Positions 1 through 14,799 are shown, counted from the stretch's first letter. The stretch: DNA of 64,000 bases from Eledone cirrhosa (GCA_964016885.1 OZ024740.1:159464001-159528000), one strand, 5' to 3'. Translations and numbers: made by a program. The notes: generated from the letters alone by a model not told the origin.

Positions 1-699
1 AACATTTTTGTAGAGGCCTTTATTTTCTGTCTGTATAGTGTTATGTATGTGTTTGTAATTGTGTGTATGTGTGTGTGAATGTATATATTTATATATTATT
101 TTTTTAAAAAATATATATATTTATTTGGTTCCTTTACCGGTTTCGCAGTTCTTCTGCTTTTCAAAAGTAGAGTTGAGATGGAGGGTCTGTGGTTTTTCTC
201 ACATCTGTTTGGTCTTTGAATGTTACTTGTTTTATATGGAAAAAAGTCGCTCGAAACGCCAGGTTTTTAGAGAAGTAATTTGATTGGTTGGTCAATAATT
301 ATAATAAATTTCGCGCCAGTTCGTGTTACAAAGCTCTTCAAACAGGGTGAGGGGGGGGGGGGCTCAGGTTGTTTTTTTCATATATGAGTGTTTGAATTTC
401 TTTTTACTTAAAAGAAAGGGGCTCACGAAGGCCTTTTTTTAATAAACATAATTTGATTGGTTATAAATGAAATTATGGTTGTCACGTGAACAAGTTTTCA
501 TTAAATTTCGAGCCCGTATTTGGAAATTTATTCTGTAGCCTTTTTAGAGAATTTTATGACAAGCAAAAGATAATGGTCAAGAGAAATGGGATGGGAGAAT
601 TGTTCTGGTTCAGTGAATATGGTTAGTTCGCTGGGGTGTCAGGATTCCGATTTTCTATTGAAATAAAGAAAGTAAAGATATGTATGTTTATTTGTGTGC

Positions 700-733
<34 letters not shown>

Positions 734-1049
734 GAAGATTATTCTATTAGTAGAAATGGGGGAGGGAGTTGTGTGTGTGTGTATATGGTTGTTATGTGTG
801 TGTGGGGGGAGTATGTTAAGATGGAGAGGATATATATATTTTGTGGGTGTGTGTATGTGTGTAGGAAAGTGATTCTATTAGTAGAAATGGGGGAGGGAGT
901 TGTGTGTGTGTGTGTGGGGGGGGGGGTTATGTGTGTGTATGGGTGTTATGTGTGTGTGGTAGTATGGTTAGCATGTTAAGATGAAGAGAATATATATATA
1001 TTGTGTGTGTAGGAAAATGATTACGTTAGTAGGAATATTTTTAAATGGA

Positions 1050-2090
1050 CATATTTTCCTTACCTATTCGTATTTGTTCTGTTGTATTGTCAGCGCAAAC
1101 GTATGTTAAGGTTTATTTAGTTCAGGTTTTTATTTTCTAAAGTAGCAGGGGTTATGTTTGTATGTATGTGTTTGTTTGGATGGTTAGCATGTTATGGTGT
1201 TGACATAATGTATATTAAACCATATTTAATGCTGGTCTATATTTTTGGATAAACATATTTTCCTTATTTATTCGTATTTGTTTTATTGTATTGTCAGCGC
1301 AAAGGTAAAATGGGAAGACTTGGAATTTGGGTGTCTTATTACTTGAGCATATGTCTAGATATACGCTTAGTGGTATCTGTCTCGTGGTTGGATCTCGTAA
1401 TTGTTGGCGATGAACTGTTTCTGAGTGTGAGTTTAGTTTGTCCTATATAATCTTCATTGCATCCTTTACATTTATTGGCATAAATTAAATGTTTTGATGA
1501 GCAAGTGAAGTGATTTTTTACAGAAAAATTTTGTCCTGATTTAAATGTATATGTGTTGCATTAAATTATGTGAGTGCAGGTTACATAATTAGAGCGACCA
1601 TATTTTTTGACAGTTGGTTGTGGGTTTGTGTTAGGTAATTTGGCATTGGAGAATAATGTTTTCAGTGATTTCGGTGGTCTTTTGTTTTTGATTATTTTGT
1701 GTGTTTCAAGGGCTTTTTTCATTCTTGGGTCTTGTTTTAGTAGTTGGATGTTCTTGTGAATAGTGTTGTAAGCTTCCACATTTCTTGGGTTGTGTGTTGA
1801 GATATATGATAGAATATTGGACGTACCTTGAATTTGTTTCTGTTTTCGTAATTCATCAATGTCTATTGCTTTAGCCCTTTTTTTTTTATTAGTAATGGTG
1901 TGTACTCTCTTTCGAGTAGAATTTCCTTTAATTCTTGAAGTCTTTTATTTCGCGTTTCATAATTGGAGATTATTGTGCAAATTCTTCTTGCTAGGTTAAA
2001 AGGAATGTTCGTCTTCGTGTGCTTTGGATGGTTGGAGGTGAATAGCAGGTATTGTTTGGAATCTGTTGGTTTGTAGTGTATGTCAGTTTC
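1050..2090 (-). mobile_element. Decayed Penelope-like element: RT C-terminus, Cys-rich linker and GIY-YIG endonuclease
   Basis: ORF 1863-2132 has TDIHYKPTDSKQYLLFTSNHPKHTKTNIPFNLARRICTI (PLE RT thumb). ORF 1561-1779 is the linker. 1430-1515 reads HFTCSSKHLIYANKCKGCNEDYIGQT (GIY-YIG). Frameshifted. A ~50-bp direct repeat occurs at 1050-1100 / 1254-1303. Confidence 0.85.
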
Positions 2091-2247
2091 AATATATATA
2101 TATATTTTTGTTTTTGGACAATTGCTTACCACGTGTGTTTATTTACAAACATACATATATACACACACATGTACAGCACAAACATATACACAAATAAGTA
2201 TATACATACAAATATATATACACATATATATATTCATATATATATAT

Positions 2248-2460
2248 AGTACTAGACCAAAAAATTCCAAAGAGGACTTGATAAGGTCGGTATATATGTT
2301 TATAAGTATGTATAAACCCGTTGAACAAAATGTATTATTAGTACAGATTAAAAGTTTTAGCAAACAAATTTCTGCTTTCACCCGAAGCGGGATCATCAGA
2401 TGAGCCGCTTAGAGTGAATGCAGAAATTGTTTCCTAAAACGTTTAATCTGTACTAATAAT
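2248..2460. mobile_element. Short two-armed palindromic PLE pLTR insertion with truncated hammerhead
   Basis: Imperfect inverted repeat 2335-2397 / 2399-2460. The minus strand reads CTGATGA-tcccgcttcgggt-GAAA-gcagaaatttgtttgc-TA, with the stem I 5' strand lost at the junction. The left arm extends ~85 nt further to a TA tract. Confidence 0.7.
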
Positions 2461-4734
2461 GTGTGTTTGTGTGTGTGTGTGTGCAAATACTATCTTAAAA
2501 CTCGTCAAAAATGCCTAGATTTATTTGAGTATAGAGAAGCAAACATAGATATTTAATATATATGGATTCTATGAGATTTCTTTGACTTTCGAAATCTTCA
2601 ATCTATAATTTCAAGTTAGTAGAATATATTGTTCTTCTCCAAGCTACTTATAACGGGTTATAATTGAACAGGAACAAACCTAATCTAATAATAAAAGATT
2701 GGTTTTCTCTTTGTTTATCGCCATTTAAATTTCAAGAATAACTGTAATTTGTCAACGTTTTCTTTAAGTATGGTATGGTTGACTCACTTGGAGTAAAATC
2801 GATTCTCAGAATAAACAATTCATTTCTGACTTCGTTTTGATGCAGTGATAGAAATGACGAGACTGTTGTAATTGGATTTAAGTTTTAAAGAAGCATTAAT
2901 CTGGTACTTTCTCTATTTCCTCTTCATAGGGGTACATCCCTGATAAAGTTCGTTCATTCAAAAGCTCAACAAAGATATTTATAATTGATATTTTGTCATC
3001 ATTAATTTGTGAGTCTACGTTGTACATTACGAAATTATGGTCCAGTAATTGATTTTTGAGCATTTGTTCATCTCTATTTCTTGTTATAAGGATTATTTTT
3101 GTTGAAACCTCATGCACTACTTCTTCACTTGTGATATTAATGGATATACCATATATATTTCTTGCGTTATATTCCCTTCTGTTACTTGTTGAGCTTCATG
3201 TTCAAATTCGCTTAGTATTTTATATGTGAAAGCATAAAAATTGTTTGCGCTAGTGATCTGATCCAAAACAATCGTAATTTGAGGGAGGAATCGCACATTA
3301 TTCTGATTCCATAATCTAATAACAGATAAACTGTAGAGATCTTCTGTCAATAGGATTAATATCACTGTTGCGATAATAACTTTGACCATGAACACGATAA
3401 CATTACGGTTCATGACTTGGAGTATCAGATGTGTAAGTTCCCAATGAAGTAAAGGTGAGTGTTGAGATGTAAATTTTAATGTTGTCTTTGAAGTGTTTGT
3501 AATTAAGATTCCTTAGGCTGCTCTTTAAATTGAGCAGCTACGAGAGTTTTCCTCTTTGGTAGCGCAATATTGTTTTAACTTTGTGACAGAAGTTATTAGA
3601 TTTGCTGAGAGACACTCTGATAAAAAAAAATGATTTGCATTACAAGATTGGCAAACGAAATTCATAGGCCTCTATGAAAGATGCAGTAAATTGTGATCTT
3701 GAAAAGCATTGTTGTTGACTTAATTACTTTGAACGCTTGCACGGTTGTCTTCTGTTCATACGATTTTCATTGCTTTCTTCGGCAATAAAATCTTTGGATT
3801 TATATCTCTAGCAATTAAAGATTATCTGTAACACAAGAACTAACAGCTTTACTGTCCATAAACCATTGGCAGATTCAGCAACTATCACGAGTTACGCGTT
3901 GTTTCCAGCAATGTACATGCCTTTGTAATCAATCATGTTATAAGCGAATTTAGGCAGCTACGGTTTATGCAACTAGTAGCAAGAGTTCCTTTTACCTTGA
4001 AAGCAACAGTTTTATAGATACAAGCCCTTGCAGCTTTAGCAGCTATCATAAGCTACACACCTAACACCGTTACAATGCACAGCAGTTTGGCTCGGATCCA
4101 TTCGCTTTACAGTCAGAAGCTATATTGGTAACTTGCAGAATCATTAGAGCGGAGGGTTAAATCCCTTGTGATATTTGAGTTCATAAAGCATTGATGCTAA
4201 ATTTGCTTTTCAACTTTTAGAAGTTGATAACATAACAATCCAGAGAGGTGAATTGACAGAACTAATAGAACTCCAAACGGACTGCTGTGGCTTATTTGGG
4301 TGGTCGACCAAATCAGACGCCTAGTTTAACAACTTAAGGTGGGTGTCTGTCTAAATATTCGAGGCAAGATCTTCGGTTTAAGGAACCTTTCTTCCCCCTT
4401 CATACCATTGTCTGGGGTCCCTCAATAAGCAATAAAATTAGACCAGATATAATACGATCAATTCAAAGATGGTAGAAGGCCCAAGTCAGATATGAAATCT
4501 AGGTCCCAATCCTATATGTTATATACATACGATATATATGTGCTATATATATATGATATATATATATATATGAGTTGTGGGTTTATAAATGTACATATAA
4601 TGTACATAATGTACTTCGAATAACATAACAGCATAAAATAACTAGAACTTGAATCAAGTATGCTCCGTTAAAATTGTAAGCCTATGCCAACTGGTCCACC
4701 TGCCAAATCTCACTCTCCTGGTAACCATAAACTG

Positions 4735-4819
<85 letters not shown>

Positions 4820-4982
4820 TTATGTGTGTGTGTGTATGTATGTATATATATATATGTATATAAGTATATACATGTATATATATATGCGTATATATATATA
4901 TGTATATGTATATATATATATGTATATGTATATATATATGTATATATATATATGTATATATGTATATATATATATATACATG

Positions 4983-7741
4983 GTAACACAACATTCTCCA
5001 ATGGATACTGTAAATCAGTCACTGTGCACAATAACACCAATGACCTGACATTAGTTGGGCTCTAAAGGCCACCAGAAACACCCATAATCTGCTTCAAAGA
5101 ATGCCTGAACAGTATTAAATGCTTTATTAAACAGTGCCATTCTAGCAACATACTTTTGATGGGAGACTTTAATCTACCCTGTGTCGATTGGTCTTCATGT
5201 AGTTTGAAACCAGGCTCCACAGCCTCAACCACTGACAAAGAGGCTGTCGACTCACTTCTTGACTTCATGAATGAGTTTTTCTTGTCCCAAATTGTCCTTG
5301 CACCAACGAGGCATCAGAACAACATTCTGGATCTAGTGTTTAGTAACCACACTAACACTATACATAATATTACAGTGGAAAAAACCCTTCTCTCAGACAA
5401 TGACATGGTTCTTTGTAACCTGAGATTCCACCAGCCGAAAGCTAATCCCAGGGTCCTCTTTCCAGCCCTCCCATTTGATAACATGGATCTCTACAATGCC
5501 AACTAGGATGCAATTATGAATGAACAATCACATGTCGACTGGTCTTTTACACACGCACACACTTCCACCAACATCAAAACATCTTGGCAGATCTTTGTAG
5601 ACACTGTCACAAATATATGTACAAAAAACACCCCACCAAGTGCAGTATCCCACAAAACAGAAAAACAATTATCAGAAAAATAAACAGAACAAACAAAAGA
5701 ATTAACACACTAAAATACTGCCAACAGCAACACACACAATCGATGGCTATCGCCCTGCTTGAGTAAAAAAATAACCTCCAGCAATGCATGATGACCATCA
5801 TCAATAACCAGAGAATAGCTGAAGAGAGGTGAGCCATTGAGAAAATCAAACTCAACCCCAAAGTGTTCTTCTCATTCGCTAAAAAACACAAGGTCACCGT
5901 CTCCACTGTTGGCCCCCTAGTTGATGAAAATGGCACACTCCAGGACAATGCCAAAACTATGCGCGAGATACTGCAGAAACAATACTGCTCTGTTTTCAGC
6001 AATCCTGATATGGCCGATCTGGGCTGTATCAGTGATATTAACACCCAACACAATATATCAGACATAACGTTTGGCGCCGCTGATGTTAGCGGCAATAAAC
6101 GAAATTAAACACAATTCAGCAATAGGCCCCGACAGGTTCCCTGCTTGTGTCCTGAAGGTGTGTCGACACCAACTTTCATCTCCTCTTGATAATCTGTGGA
6201 GGAACTCACAGGACACTGGCGATATTCCTGAAAACTTTCTGTCCCAGTCCGTTGTCTCAGTCTTCAAAAAGGGAAATAAGTCCTTTGCTGTGAACTACCG
6301 TCCGATCTCACTCACCTCTCATATTATCAAGGTATTTGAGAGGGTGGTGAGATCACGAATAACTCACTTTCTTGAAAGCTACGGCCTGCTGAACTCCAAC
6401 CAACATGGGTTCCGTAATGGAAGGGACTGCCTAACGCAGCTCCTGCATCACTTTGACGATGTTTTGAGAGCCTTGGGAGAGGGCTCCAACACTGATGTCA
6501 TCTACCTTGATCTCAGCAAGGTCTTTGACGGGGTTGATCATAAGATTCTACTGAAAAAACTATCCAATGCTGGTGTCTCTGGAAGGTTACTACAGTAGAT
6601 CAAATGTTTCCTGACAGACAGAACCCAGCATGTTGTAGTCGAAGGAGCAAAATCAAGCCCTGCCAAAGTCAGCAGTGGCGTCCCACAAGGCACTGTGTTG
6701 GACCCTGTTCTTTTCATGATCTACATTATTGACATTACTGACATCATCAAGCACAGCAACATAAGAATCTTCGCAGATGACTCCAAGCTCCAAAGGGTCA
6801 TGAAAGAGGTGGGTGACCGGATTTGCCTTCAATCAGGCCTACTGGCTGTTATCCAATGGGCAGAAATGAATAATATGCTGTTGAATGAGGATAAGTTTGA
6901 ATTAATCCACTTTGGAAAAAAAGATGCCGTGAAACTACCATACACTCTTCCTTCGAATGAAACTCTAGTGCCATCCAATAACATCAGAGACCTGGGAGTA
7001 ATTGTGGACAACAACTAAGCTGGGCCACTCATATAAACAGCAAAGTTGATATGGCCCGCAGAATGTGTTCCTGGATTCTCAGAACTTTCCAGTCGAGAGA
7101 TATCCACACTGTTATCCTTCTCTTCTCCACTTTTGCCCGACCCCACTTTGAATACTGTTGTCCACTGTGGTCACCCCACACGAAACAAAGTATCATGAAA
7201 GTTGAAGCACCCCAAAGGTCAATTACAAAAAAGATAGATGGCATGACAGGCCTTGACTATTGGAGTCGATTAGAAAAGCTCAACCTTTATTCTCTCAAAC
7301 GTCGCTGTGAGCGCTACATTATCTGCATAATGTGGAAAATATTCCATCAGCTTTGTCCAAATGATGTTGGTATCACCTTTAGTGTACACCCAAGGCTTGG
7401 GCCCCGTGCTATCCGCCCACGACAAAAATCTCACTCGCATCTCATAACAACAATACGGCACAATTATTTCACCTCAATTGGCTCTGCACTCTTTAACATT
7501 ACACCAAGACACATCAAAGTAGAGACAGACCCCATCAAGTTCAAGAAGTCTTTGGATAAATTCCTTCAAGAAATCCCGGATAAGCCTCCTACACCCGGAT
7601 ATGCCTCCGTAAAAAATAACTCTCTGCTCAAGTGGGCCATGCTGCCCAAACACTGATTTGTATGACTTTGCCAAGTGGTGCTATTAAGTTAGACATGGCC
7701 TGGGCATAATATTGGGCGAAACCTATCAAAGTTATCAAAGT
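4983..7741 (+). mobile_element. 5'-truncated CR1/Jockey-group LINE ORF2 (APE endonuclease + RT), pseudogenised
   Basis: MGDFNLPCVDW, NILDLVF and LSDNDMV (APE). NYRPISLTSHIIKVFER, QHGFR, YLDLSKVFD, SGVPQG, FADDSKL and RPHFEYCCPLWSP (RT and C-terminus). Several stops and frameshifts. The 3' end has a tandem (TATCAAAGT)2. Confidence 0.93.
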
Positions 7742-7944
7742 ATATATGTATATATATACTCATTTATAAAGTGCCCAAGCTGAAACTTCTAAGATTATAC
7801 CATTTTTCTATTTAAAAAGGTAAAATTTACACTCTACTTACAAACATTGAGTGTTCAATCAGTTAATGTGTATTAAACAAGCATTGAAATAATATGTATA
7901 TATATAAGAAGAAGAAATTAAAAGATGGTTAAAAAAGTTCCATG

Positions 7945-8015
7945 TATTTTATTATGCGCATTTCAAAAACAAATATCATCCTGGGACGATATTTGCGTTC
8001 TCATCAGATAAAATA
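7945..8015 (-). ncRNA. Type I hammerhead ribozyme (PLE-type)
   Basis: tattttat-CTGATGA-stem II (12-bp core, CCAG loop)-GAAA-tgcgca-TA-ataaaata. Stem I is a perfect 8 bp and stem III is palindromic. Confidence 0.85.
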
Positions 8016-8154
8016 GGGAGACATGATATGAAGCTTAAAAAAAACCCTTGTGAGCAAGGTAGTGTCTAATCAACATATGATAAATAAATTTAAAAGGATA
8101 TAGGAGATTGGAAAAAAGGAAAGGAAGAGAAGAAAAGTAAGGAAGAGTAAGAAA

Positions 8155-8268
8155 GGAAAAAAGAAAAAAGAAAAAAGAAAAAAGAAAAAAGAAAAAAGGA
8201 AAAAGAAAAAAGAAAAAAGAAAAAAGAAAAAAGAAAAAAGAAAAAAGAAAAAAGAAAAAAGAAAAAAG
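8155..8268 (+). repeat. (GAAAAAA)n heptamer tandem repeat
   Basis: Direct reading of the sequence. Confidence 0.95.
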
Positions 8269-8560
8269 AAGGAAAGGATAACGGAGGAAGAGTATAAGAA
8301 GGAGGAAGGAGAGAGGAAGAGAGAGTGCTACTTATCCGATATTTGCATTGCTTTATTGTGCTACAATAAAATTCACCTCCTACATATCCTAAACCGACGG
8401 TAGTCGGTTTAGTAATATTGTTGTCTTAGTGATTTCGTTGTATATATATATATAAATGAAGTAATTCCGTCGGAAAAGTCCAGGACAAGAGAGTGCTCTA
8501 TGTAGGTAACAGAGCTTAATAGTTATGTAATAAACAACATAAGGCAACATAAGGCAATTA

Positions 8561-8621
8561 TTTAATTTACCAGTGGTTTCTTAAAAGCAAAAAAATGTTG
8601 CTTTCAATCATCAGAATGAAA
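8561..8621 (-). ncRNA. Type I hammerhead ribozyme (inverted-arm copy)
   Basis: ttcatt-CTGATGA-ttgaaagcaa/ttgcttttaa (10-bp stem II)-GAAA-ccactgg-TA-aattaa. One mismatch in stem I. Confidence 0.8.
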
Positions 8622-9415
8622 AAATTCTGGTGTATTTATTGACGTTGGATTTTAAAAAACAAAAATGCAATCTATATGAAAGTGAGGCTGGAAAAGGAAG
8701 AAGGAAAGGAAAAATAAAATATAATATAAAAACACACATCCAAACACACACACACAATTATATACATACACATATATATATATATACATACACACATACA
8801 TACACACACACATGTACACACACACACACACATATATATGTATATATATACATACACATACATATACACATACATACATACACACATAAATATCAACATA
8901 CACATACATATATACAACCACACATATATATATATACACACATACACATACATATACATACACATATACATACACATACATACATACATACATACATACA
9001 TACACACAATCATACGTATATACGCACGTACATACATACACATACATACACACATATATACACGCATACATACGCATGCACAAAAATAGAAATATATACA
9101 CACACCTCTACATACTCACACACACAAATAAATATAATAAAAAATATATAATAATAAAATTAAAAATGAATATAAAGACTATTATAATGTTGACAGCGAT
9201 ACAGGCAACAGATACATGAACAAACACACGTGATAAGCAATACACACAAATGCACGTACACATACATACGTAAAAATGAATACATACACATACTCTCACA
9301 CATAAATATACATATACAAATACATAAACACATACATACAAATACAAACACACACATATATATGTGTGTAAAACTCATTCCAGGATAATTCATATGGACC
9401 TTATTTAACTCTAAA

Positions 9416-9464
<49 letters not shown>

Positions 9465-11226
9465 TCTACATACATACATACTCACATACACATATATACC
9501 TGCACACACATATATACATACACATACGTATGCATACGTACATACACACACACACACACACACATATATACATATATAACTAAATATATATATATATATA
9601 TGAGAAAGAACATAAATATTATATATATATATAAAAAATAAATATTGTAATATGAAAAAATATAAAAAAAATAAAAATGAAAATGAAAATAAAAAGTTGG
9701 GAATAATAAATGTAGATTAAATGTAGTTAAGATCATTTACTCTTGTTGCCCATCAATGAAGTCCAAGATCACTAATTCAAATCATACGCGAAAAAATCCA
9801 GGATGCAGTTGCAGGAAGCCGGATGAATGCCCATTACAGGGCAATGTAACACCAAATCTGTTGTTTATGAGGCTAAAGTGACACCTTTAATCAACAACCA
9901 GCCAGCCAGGAGTGAGCGATATGTTGGCATGACCCAGGACAGGTTTAAAACCAGGTTTTATGCACATGTCGCTTCTTTTAAGCACTCCGATAAACGGCCC
10001 TCGCAAGTAAGGTGTGGTAATTCAAGGATAAAAACATCCCGTACTCTATCGATTGGTCTATTTTAGACCATTCGAGGGAGTACCAAAGGGGCACAAAGAA
10101 TTGTTCTTTGTGTACCACAGAAAAATATAGGATTTTGCTAAACTTGAAAGCCACTTCTGCTTGCCTGAACTCAAAGACCGAGATCTTCAGATGTTGTCCT
10201 CATCTGAAATCACATCTGATCTGTAACTGGATTGACATTCCTATGATAACTCAATCACATTGAAATCCTTCTCTGCTCTTTACTTCCACTACGGTTTTTT
10301 TTATCTGTTGAATCCTCGTTCTGTACTCTTGTATTCTCTTTCTCCCTTATCTCCCCTTATATTTAAACCTTTTCCTATGTCATTTATTTCCCCCCCTCTT
10401 CCCCCCCCTATTTTTTTGCCTTACCCTTTACATACCAACATTTTTTTTATTTTTAGATATTAACATTTTTTTTGTGTTGCGTATATGTATGTATATGTGT
10501 ATATATGTATATGTATGTATATATATGTATATATATATATATATATATATGTGTATATATATATGTGTATGTATATATGTGTGTGTATATGTATATGTGT
10601 ATGTATATATGTGTGTGTATGTATGTTTATATCTATCTGTATGTATATGTATATGTATATATAATCGTATATATTATATATTTCTGTTGTATTTGTGCGC
10701 GTGTGTGTATATATTTATATGTATGTATGTATGTGTGTGTGTATTTCTGTGGTTGTGTTTTTGTGTGTGTGTGTATGTATATATGTGTGTATATATATGT
10801 GTATATGTATATATGTATAAGGGTGTATGTATATGCATCATTACATATAGTGATTTAATGATTATTTTCATTGATCTTTTGCTCCAGGAACTTGTTGAGT
10901 GCTCTAAATCTGCTATAAGAATTTATACCCTTTTCTAAATATATATATTTTTTTATTTATTATTTGTTGTATTCCCAACTTTTTATTTTCATTTTTATTT
11001 TTATATATACAATATTTTTTATATTTTTTTATATTACAATATTTATTGTTTTTATATTACTATATTTATTTTTTATATATATATATAATATTTATGTTCT
11101 TTCTCATATATATATATATTTAGTTATATATGTATATGTGTGTGTGTGTGTGTATGTGCGTATGTATACGTATGTGTATGTATATATGTGTGTGCAGGTA
11201 TATATGTGTATGTGAGTATGTATGTA

Positions 11227-11273
<47 letters not shown>

Positions 11274-11404
11274 TTAGTGTTAAATAAGGTTCATATGAAT
11301 TATCCTACAATGAGTTTTACACACATATATATGTCTGTGTTTGTATTTGTATGTATGTGTTTGTGATATGTATGTATATGTATGTGTATATTTGTATGGT
11401 TATG

Positions 11405-11463
<59 letters not shown>

Positions 11464-11885
11464 ATATATGTATATGTGTGTGTGTATGTAATTGTGTATG
11501 CGTATGTATGTGTTTATGTATTTGTATATGTATATTTATGTGTGAGAGTATGTGTATGTATTTATTTTTACGTATGTATGTGTACGTGCAATTGTGTGTA
11601 TTGCTTATCACGTGTGTTTGTTCATTTATTTGTTGCCTGTATCGCTGTCAACATTATAATAGTCTTTATATTCATTTTTAATTTTTATTATTATATATTT
11701 TTTCTTATATTTATTTGTGTGTGTGAGTATGTAGAGGTGTGTGTATATATTTCTATTTTTGTGCATGCGTATGTATGCGTATATATATGTGTGTATGTAT
11801 GTGTATGTATGTACGTGCGTATATACGTTTGATTGTGTGTATGTATGTATGTATGTGTATGTATATGTGTATGTATATGTATGTG

Positions 11886-11934
<49 letters not shown>

Positions 11935-12248
11935 GTGTGTGTGTGGTTGTATATATGTATGTGTATGTTGATATTTATGTGTGTATGTATGTATGTGTAT
12001 ATGTATGTGTATGTATATATATATACACATATATGTGTGTGTGTGTGTGTGTGTATGTGTGTGTGTGTATGTATGTGTGTATGTATATATATATATATAT
12101 GTATGTATATAATTATGTGTGTGTGTGTTTGCATGTGTGTTTTTATATTATATTTTATTTTTCCTTTCCTTCTTCCTTTTCCAGCCTCACTTTCATATAG
12201 ATTGCATTTTTTTTTTTAAATCCAACGTCAATAAATACACCAGGATTT

Positions 12249-12309
12249 TTTCATTCTGATGATTGAAAACAACATTTTCTTGCTTTTAAGAAACCACTGG
12301 TAAATGAAA
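12249..12309 (+). ncRNA. Type I hammerhead ribozyme
   Basis: tttcatt-CTGATGA-stem II-GAAA-ccactgg-TA-aatgaaa. Stem I is 7 bp and the cleavage triplet is GUA. Confidence 0.85.
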
Positions 12310-12364
12310 TAATTGCCTTATGTTGTTTATTACATAACTATATATATATATATATATATATATA

Positions 12365-12578
12365 AGACGATCGACTTTCGTCAAATCGGACCGAGGGAAC
12401 AATGTTTCCGTTGGTCTTTCCAATTGCTAATACTATCTATCGGTCGCAACTCCAGGTAGAAGGAGCAATGTGAAATAAAGTGTCTTGCTCAAGGACATAA
12501 CGCATCGCCTGGTCCAGAAATCGAACTCACAACCTTATGATTGAGAATCCAATTCTCTAACCACTCAGCCACACGCCT
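12365..12578 (-). mobile_element. tRNA-derived SINE (CORE-like body)
   Basis: Minus strand has an A-box-like TGGCTGAGTGG, a B-box-like GAGTTCGATTTC and the body TCCTTGAGCAAGACACTTTA. Shares its head with 35590-35883 and 55196-55518. Confidence 0.8.
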
Positions 12579-12579
12579 T

Positions 12580-12662
<83 letters not shown>

Positions 12663-13588
12663 TGAAGGCTTCGTCACACATTCTAGTTTTCAGTTGCTAC
12701 AATCTGCTGGCAAAAATGAGTATTACATTTTATTCAACGGATCAGCCATGCTGAATCTCCCTGAGAACTGCCTTAACGGTACACATGTTTATAAAATTCT
12801 CAGTCAGTTACATGATAATTTGCGAGCAGGCTGTTCCATTGGCGAACACTTTTCGCCGAAACTGACGGAGGTCCAACAGTTTGTATGTGTCTATGCAAGA
12901 AAGTGCATTGATTTGTGAATGTCTACTCATGTGTGTATATGTAATTGTCTGCTTGTTTGAATATGCCAGTATTCACGTGTGAATATATATAAATATTATG
13001 TGTGTCTGTTCATATGTGTTTGTATGTGTGGGTGTGTTTAGATCCATGAAGAACGTCCTTGAGACACCAATTGCCGTCATTTTGCCAACAACCACAGTTC
13101 TAAAATCAATAATAAATCCTGAGGATTATTTTCAAGTCAAATTATTTGGCAGGTTAGTATAGTGGTAATGTGTAGTTGTGAAAGGAAGTAAAATAAATAA
13201 GAATTAAACTAAGACTATATGTATGTTCTGGATTCTAAATATCAGATTATAAGATTTATTAAAGACTTTTGTTTTGTGTAACTGAATAAATATATCCATC
13301 TGTACATACATACTTACAAACTTAGATATATATTCAGCTACGCAAATGAAAAGTCCATAATAAATCTTATTCCTTTCTTCTCTTCTCTTACTCTATATCG
13401 ATAAAGGATTTAATCCGAAACATCTGATCCTCTTCTTTTCTTTCCCGTCAGCGTAAATATGTTCATTGTATACACATTGTGCAGGTTTATATGCGTATTT
13501 TCTTCATTCTTTGTTTGTTTCAAACTCCCAAGTTTTTCAATCGTATCATACCTCGTACTATTTGTCATGCTTCTACCTATTATATATA

Positions 13589-13855
13589 CAGGGCCGGATT
13601 TAATGATGTGTGTGTGAGGGGGGGGGGGGGGATTTCACTGGGTTCCTTGCAATGGGGGGGGGGGGCACCATAAACATTTATTTGTGCCCTCAGCTGAGCT
13701 TTTTAGGATGGTTAGAATTGTTGAATTGAATACCTGTATGTATAACTATATGTAAAATTGGGGAATTTGCTGTGTATTCTATTTTTCTTTTGTGTATGAG
13801 GGGGCCCCTCAAACCTGAAGTGCCCCGGGGAGCACAAAGTCTAAATCCAAACCTG
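13589..13855. mobile_element. hAT-like MITE
   Basis: Imperfect TIRs CAGGGCCGGATTTA / TAAATCCAAACCTG. Flanked on both sides by TATATATA, compatible with an 8-bp TSD but ambiguous inside a TA tract. Confidence 0.7.
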
Positions 13856-14067
13856 TATATATATATAAATATATATATAAATATATATATACACGCAAAA
13901 AAGGGGTTATATTTCCTCTTTTTATTTTGTCTTTTCTTGCTCTTCTTCATCTTTTTTCCTATCTCTCTCTCTCTACGAAGCGTTACGTGTCGACTATTTT
14001 CACATTTCCTGAACGGACTACTTTCCTCTTCCTCTCTCTGTTACTTCGTTCGCTCTCTCTCTCTCTC

Positions 14068-14125
<58 letters not shown>

Positions 14126-14128
<3 letters not shown>

Positions 14129-14258
14129 TGTATCTCGGGTTCAATCGGGTGTAACCACAGTAAGTAAGGTACTCAATACAAAGCAGAGTATAAATATTCA
14201 ATATAGAAATGCTTCTACAGGACTATAACTGTTTCATTCGGGAGATATCATCAGGATT
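14126..14258 (-). mobile_element. PLE pLTR fragment with hammerhead lacking a matching stem I 5' strand
   Basis: Homologous to 16728-16872 and 29622-29690. Reads CTGATGA-tatctcccgaat-GAAA-cag..ctg-TA-gaagc. Confidence 0.7.
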
Positions 14259-14579
14259 TAAATAATCATTTAACATTCGATTTCCCTGTTAGCAAGAGTC
14301 AGACGGGTCGTCACCAGTCAAGCCCAAGCCACTGATCGAGTGTTTCTTTATTTTCTTCTTCCAGTCACTTCTATGTGCCAACACACTTCTCCTTGTCCTC
14401 TTCCTCTCTCAATCTTTTTATATATTTCATCTGTCTGTCGGCCATTACGTTAATTGTCTCGCCGCCAACCACTGACCGCTGGTCTCCGTCCTCTGAGGCA
14501 TTTTTGTTCATCGCTATCATTGACTGCATTTGACTGTTTTAACGGCTGTTCTAGCGTGAGTCTTCCTATTTTTCTATGA

Positions 14580-14663
<84 letters not shown>

Positions 14664-14714
14664 TTATATATAATACAAGGACGATTTGTTAAGCCTTCAT
14701 TACATTAATTGATT

Positions 14715-14799
14715 GGTGACGCGCGTTTCGCTATTGATCAGTTCAAGGTTCGATCTGTATTGATCTGGCCCGACTCTGGAATGAAAAGCTCGTCGGACC
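14715..14799 (-). ncRNA. Degenerate PLE-type hammerhead (U4->C)
   Basis: ggt-CCGACGA-gc..long insert..gc-GAAA-cgcgcg-TC-acc. Confidence 0.6.

Larger units (their letters stand above)
8453..12340 (+). mobile_element. Two-armed PLE insertion: inverted pLTR arm (8453-~9710) plus GIY-YIG 3' fragment and pLTR (~9760-12340)
   Basis: 8520-9710 is the reverse complement of ~10960-12340. 9790-10230 encodes GCSCRKPDECPLQGQCNTKSVVYEAKV..RYVGMTQDRFKTRFYAH..YSIDWSIL..CSLCTTEK (frameshifted GIY-YIG). Both ends abut (TA)n. Confidence 0.88.
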
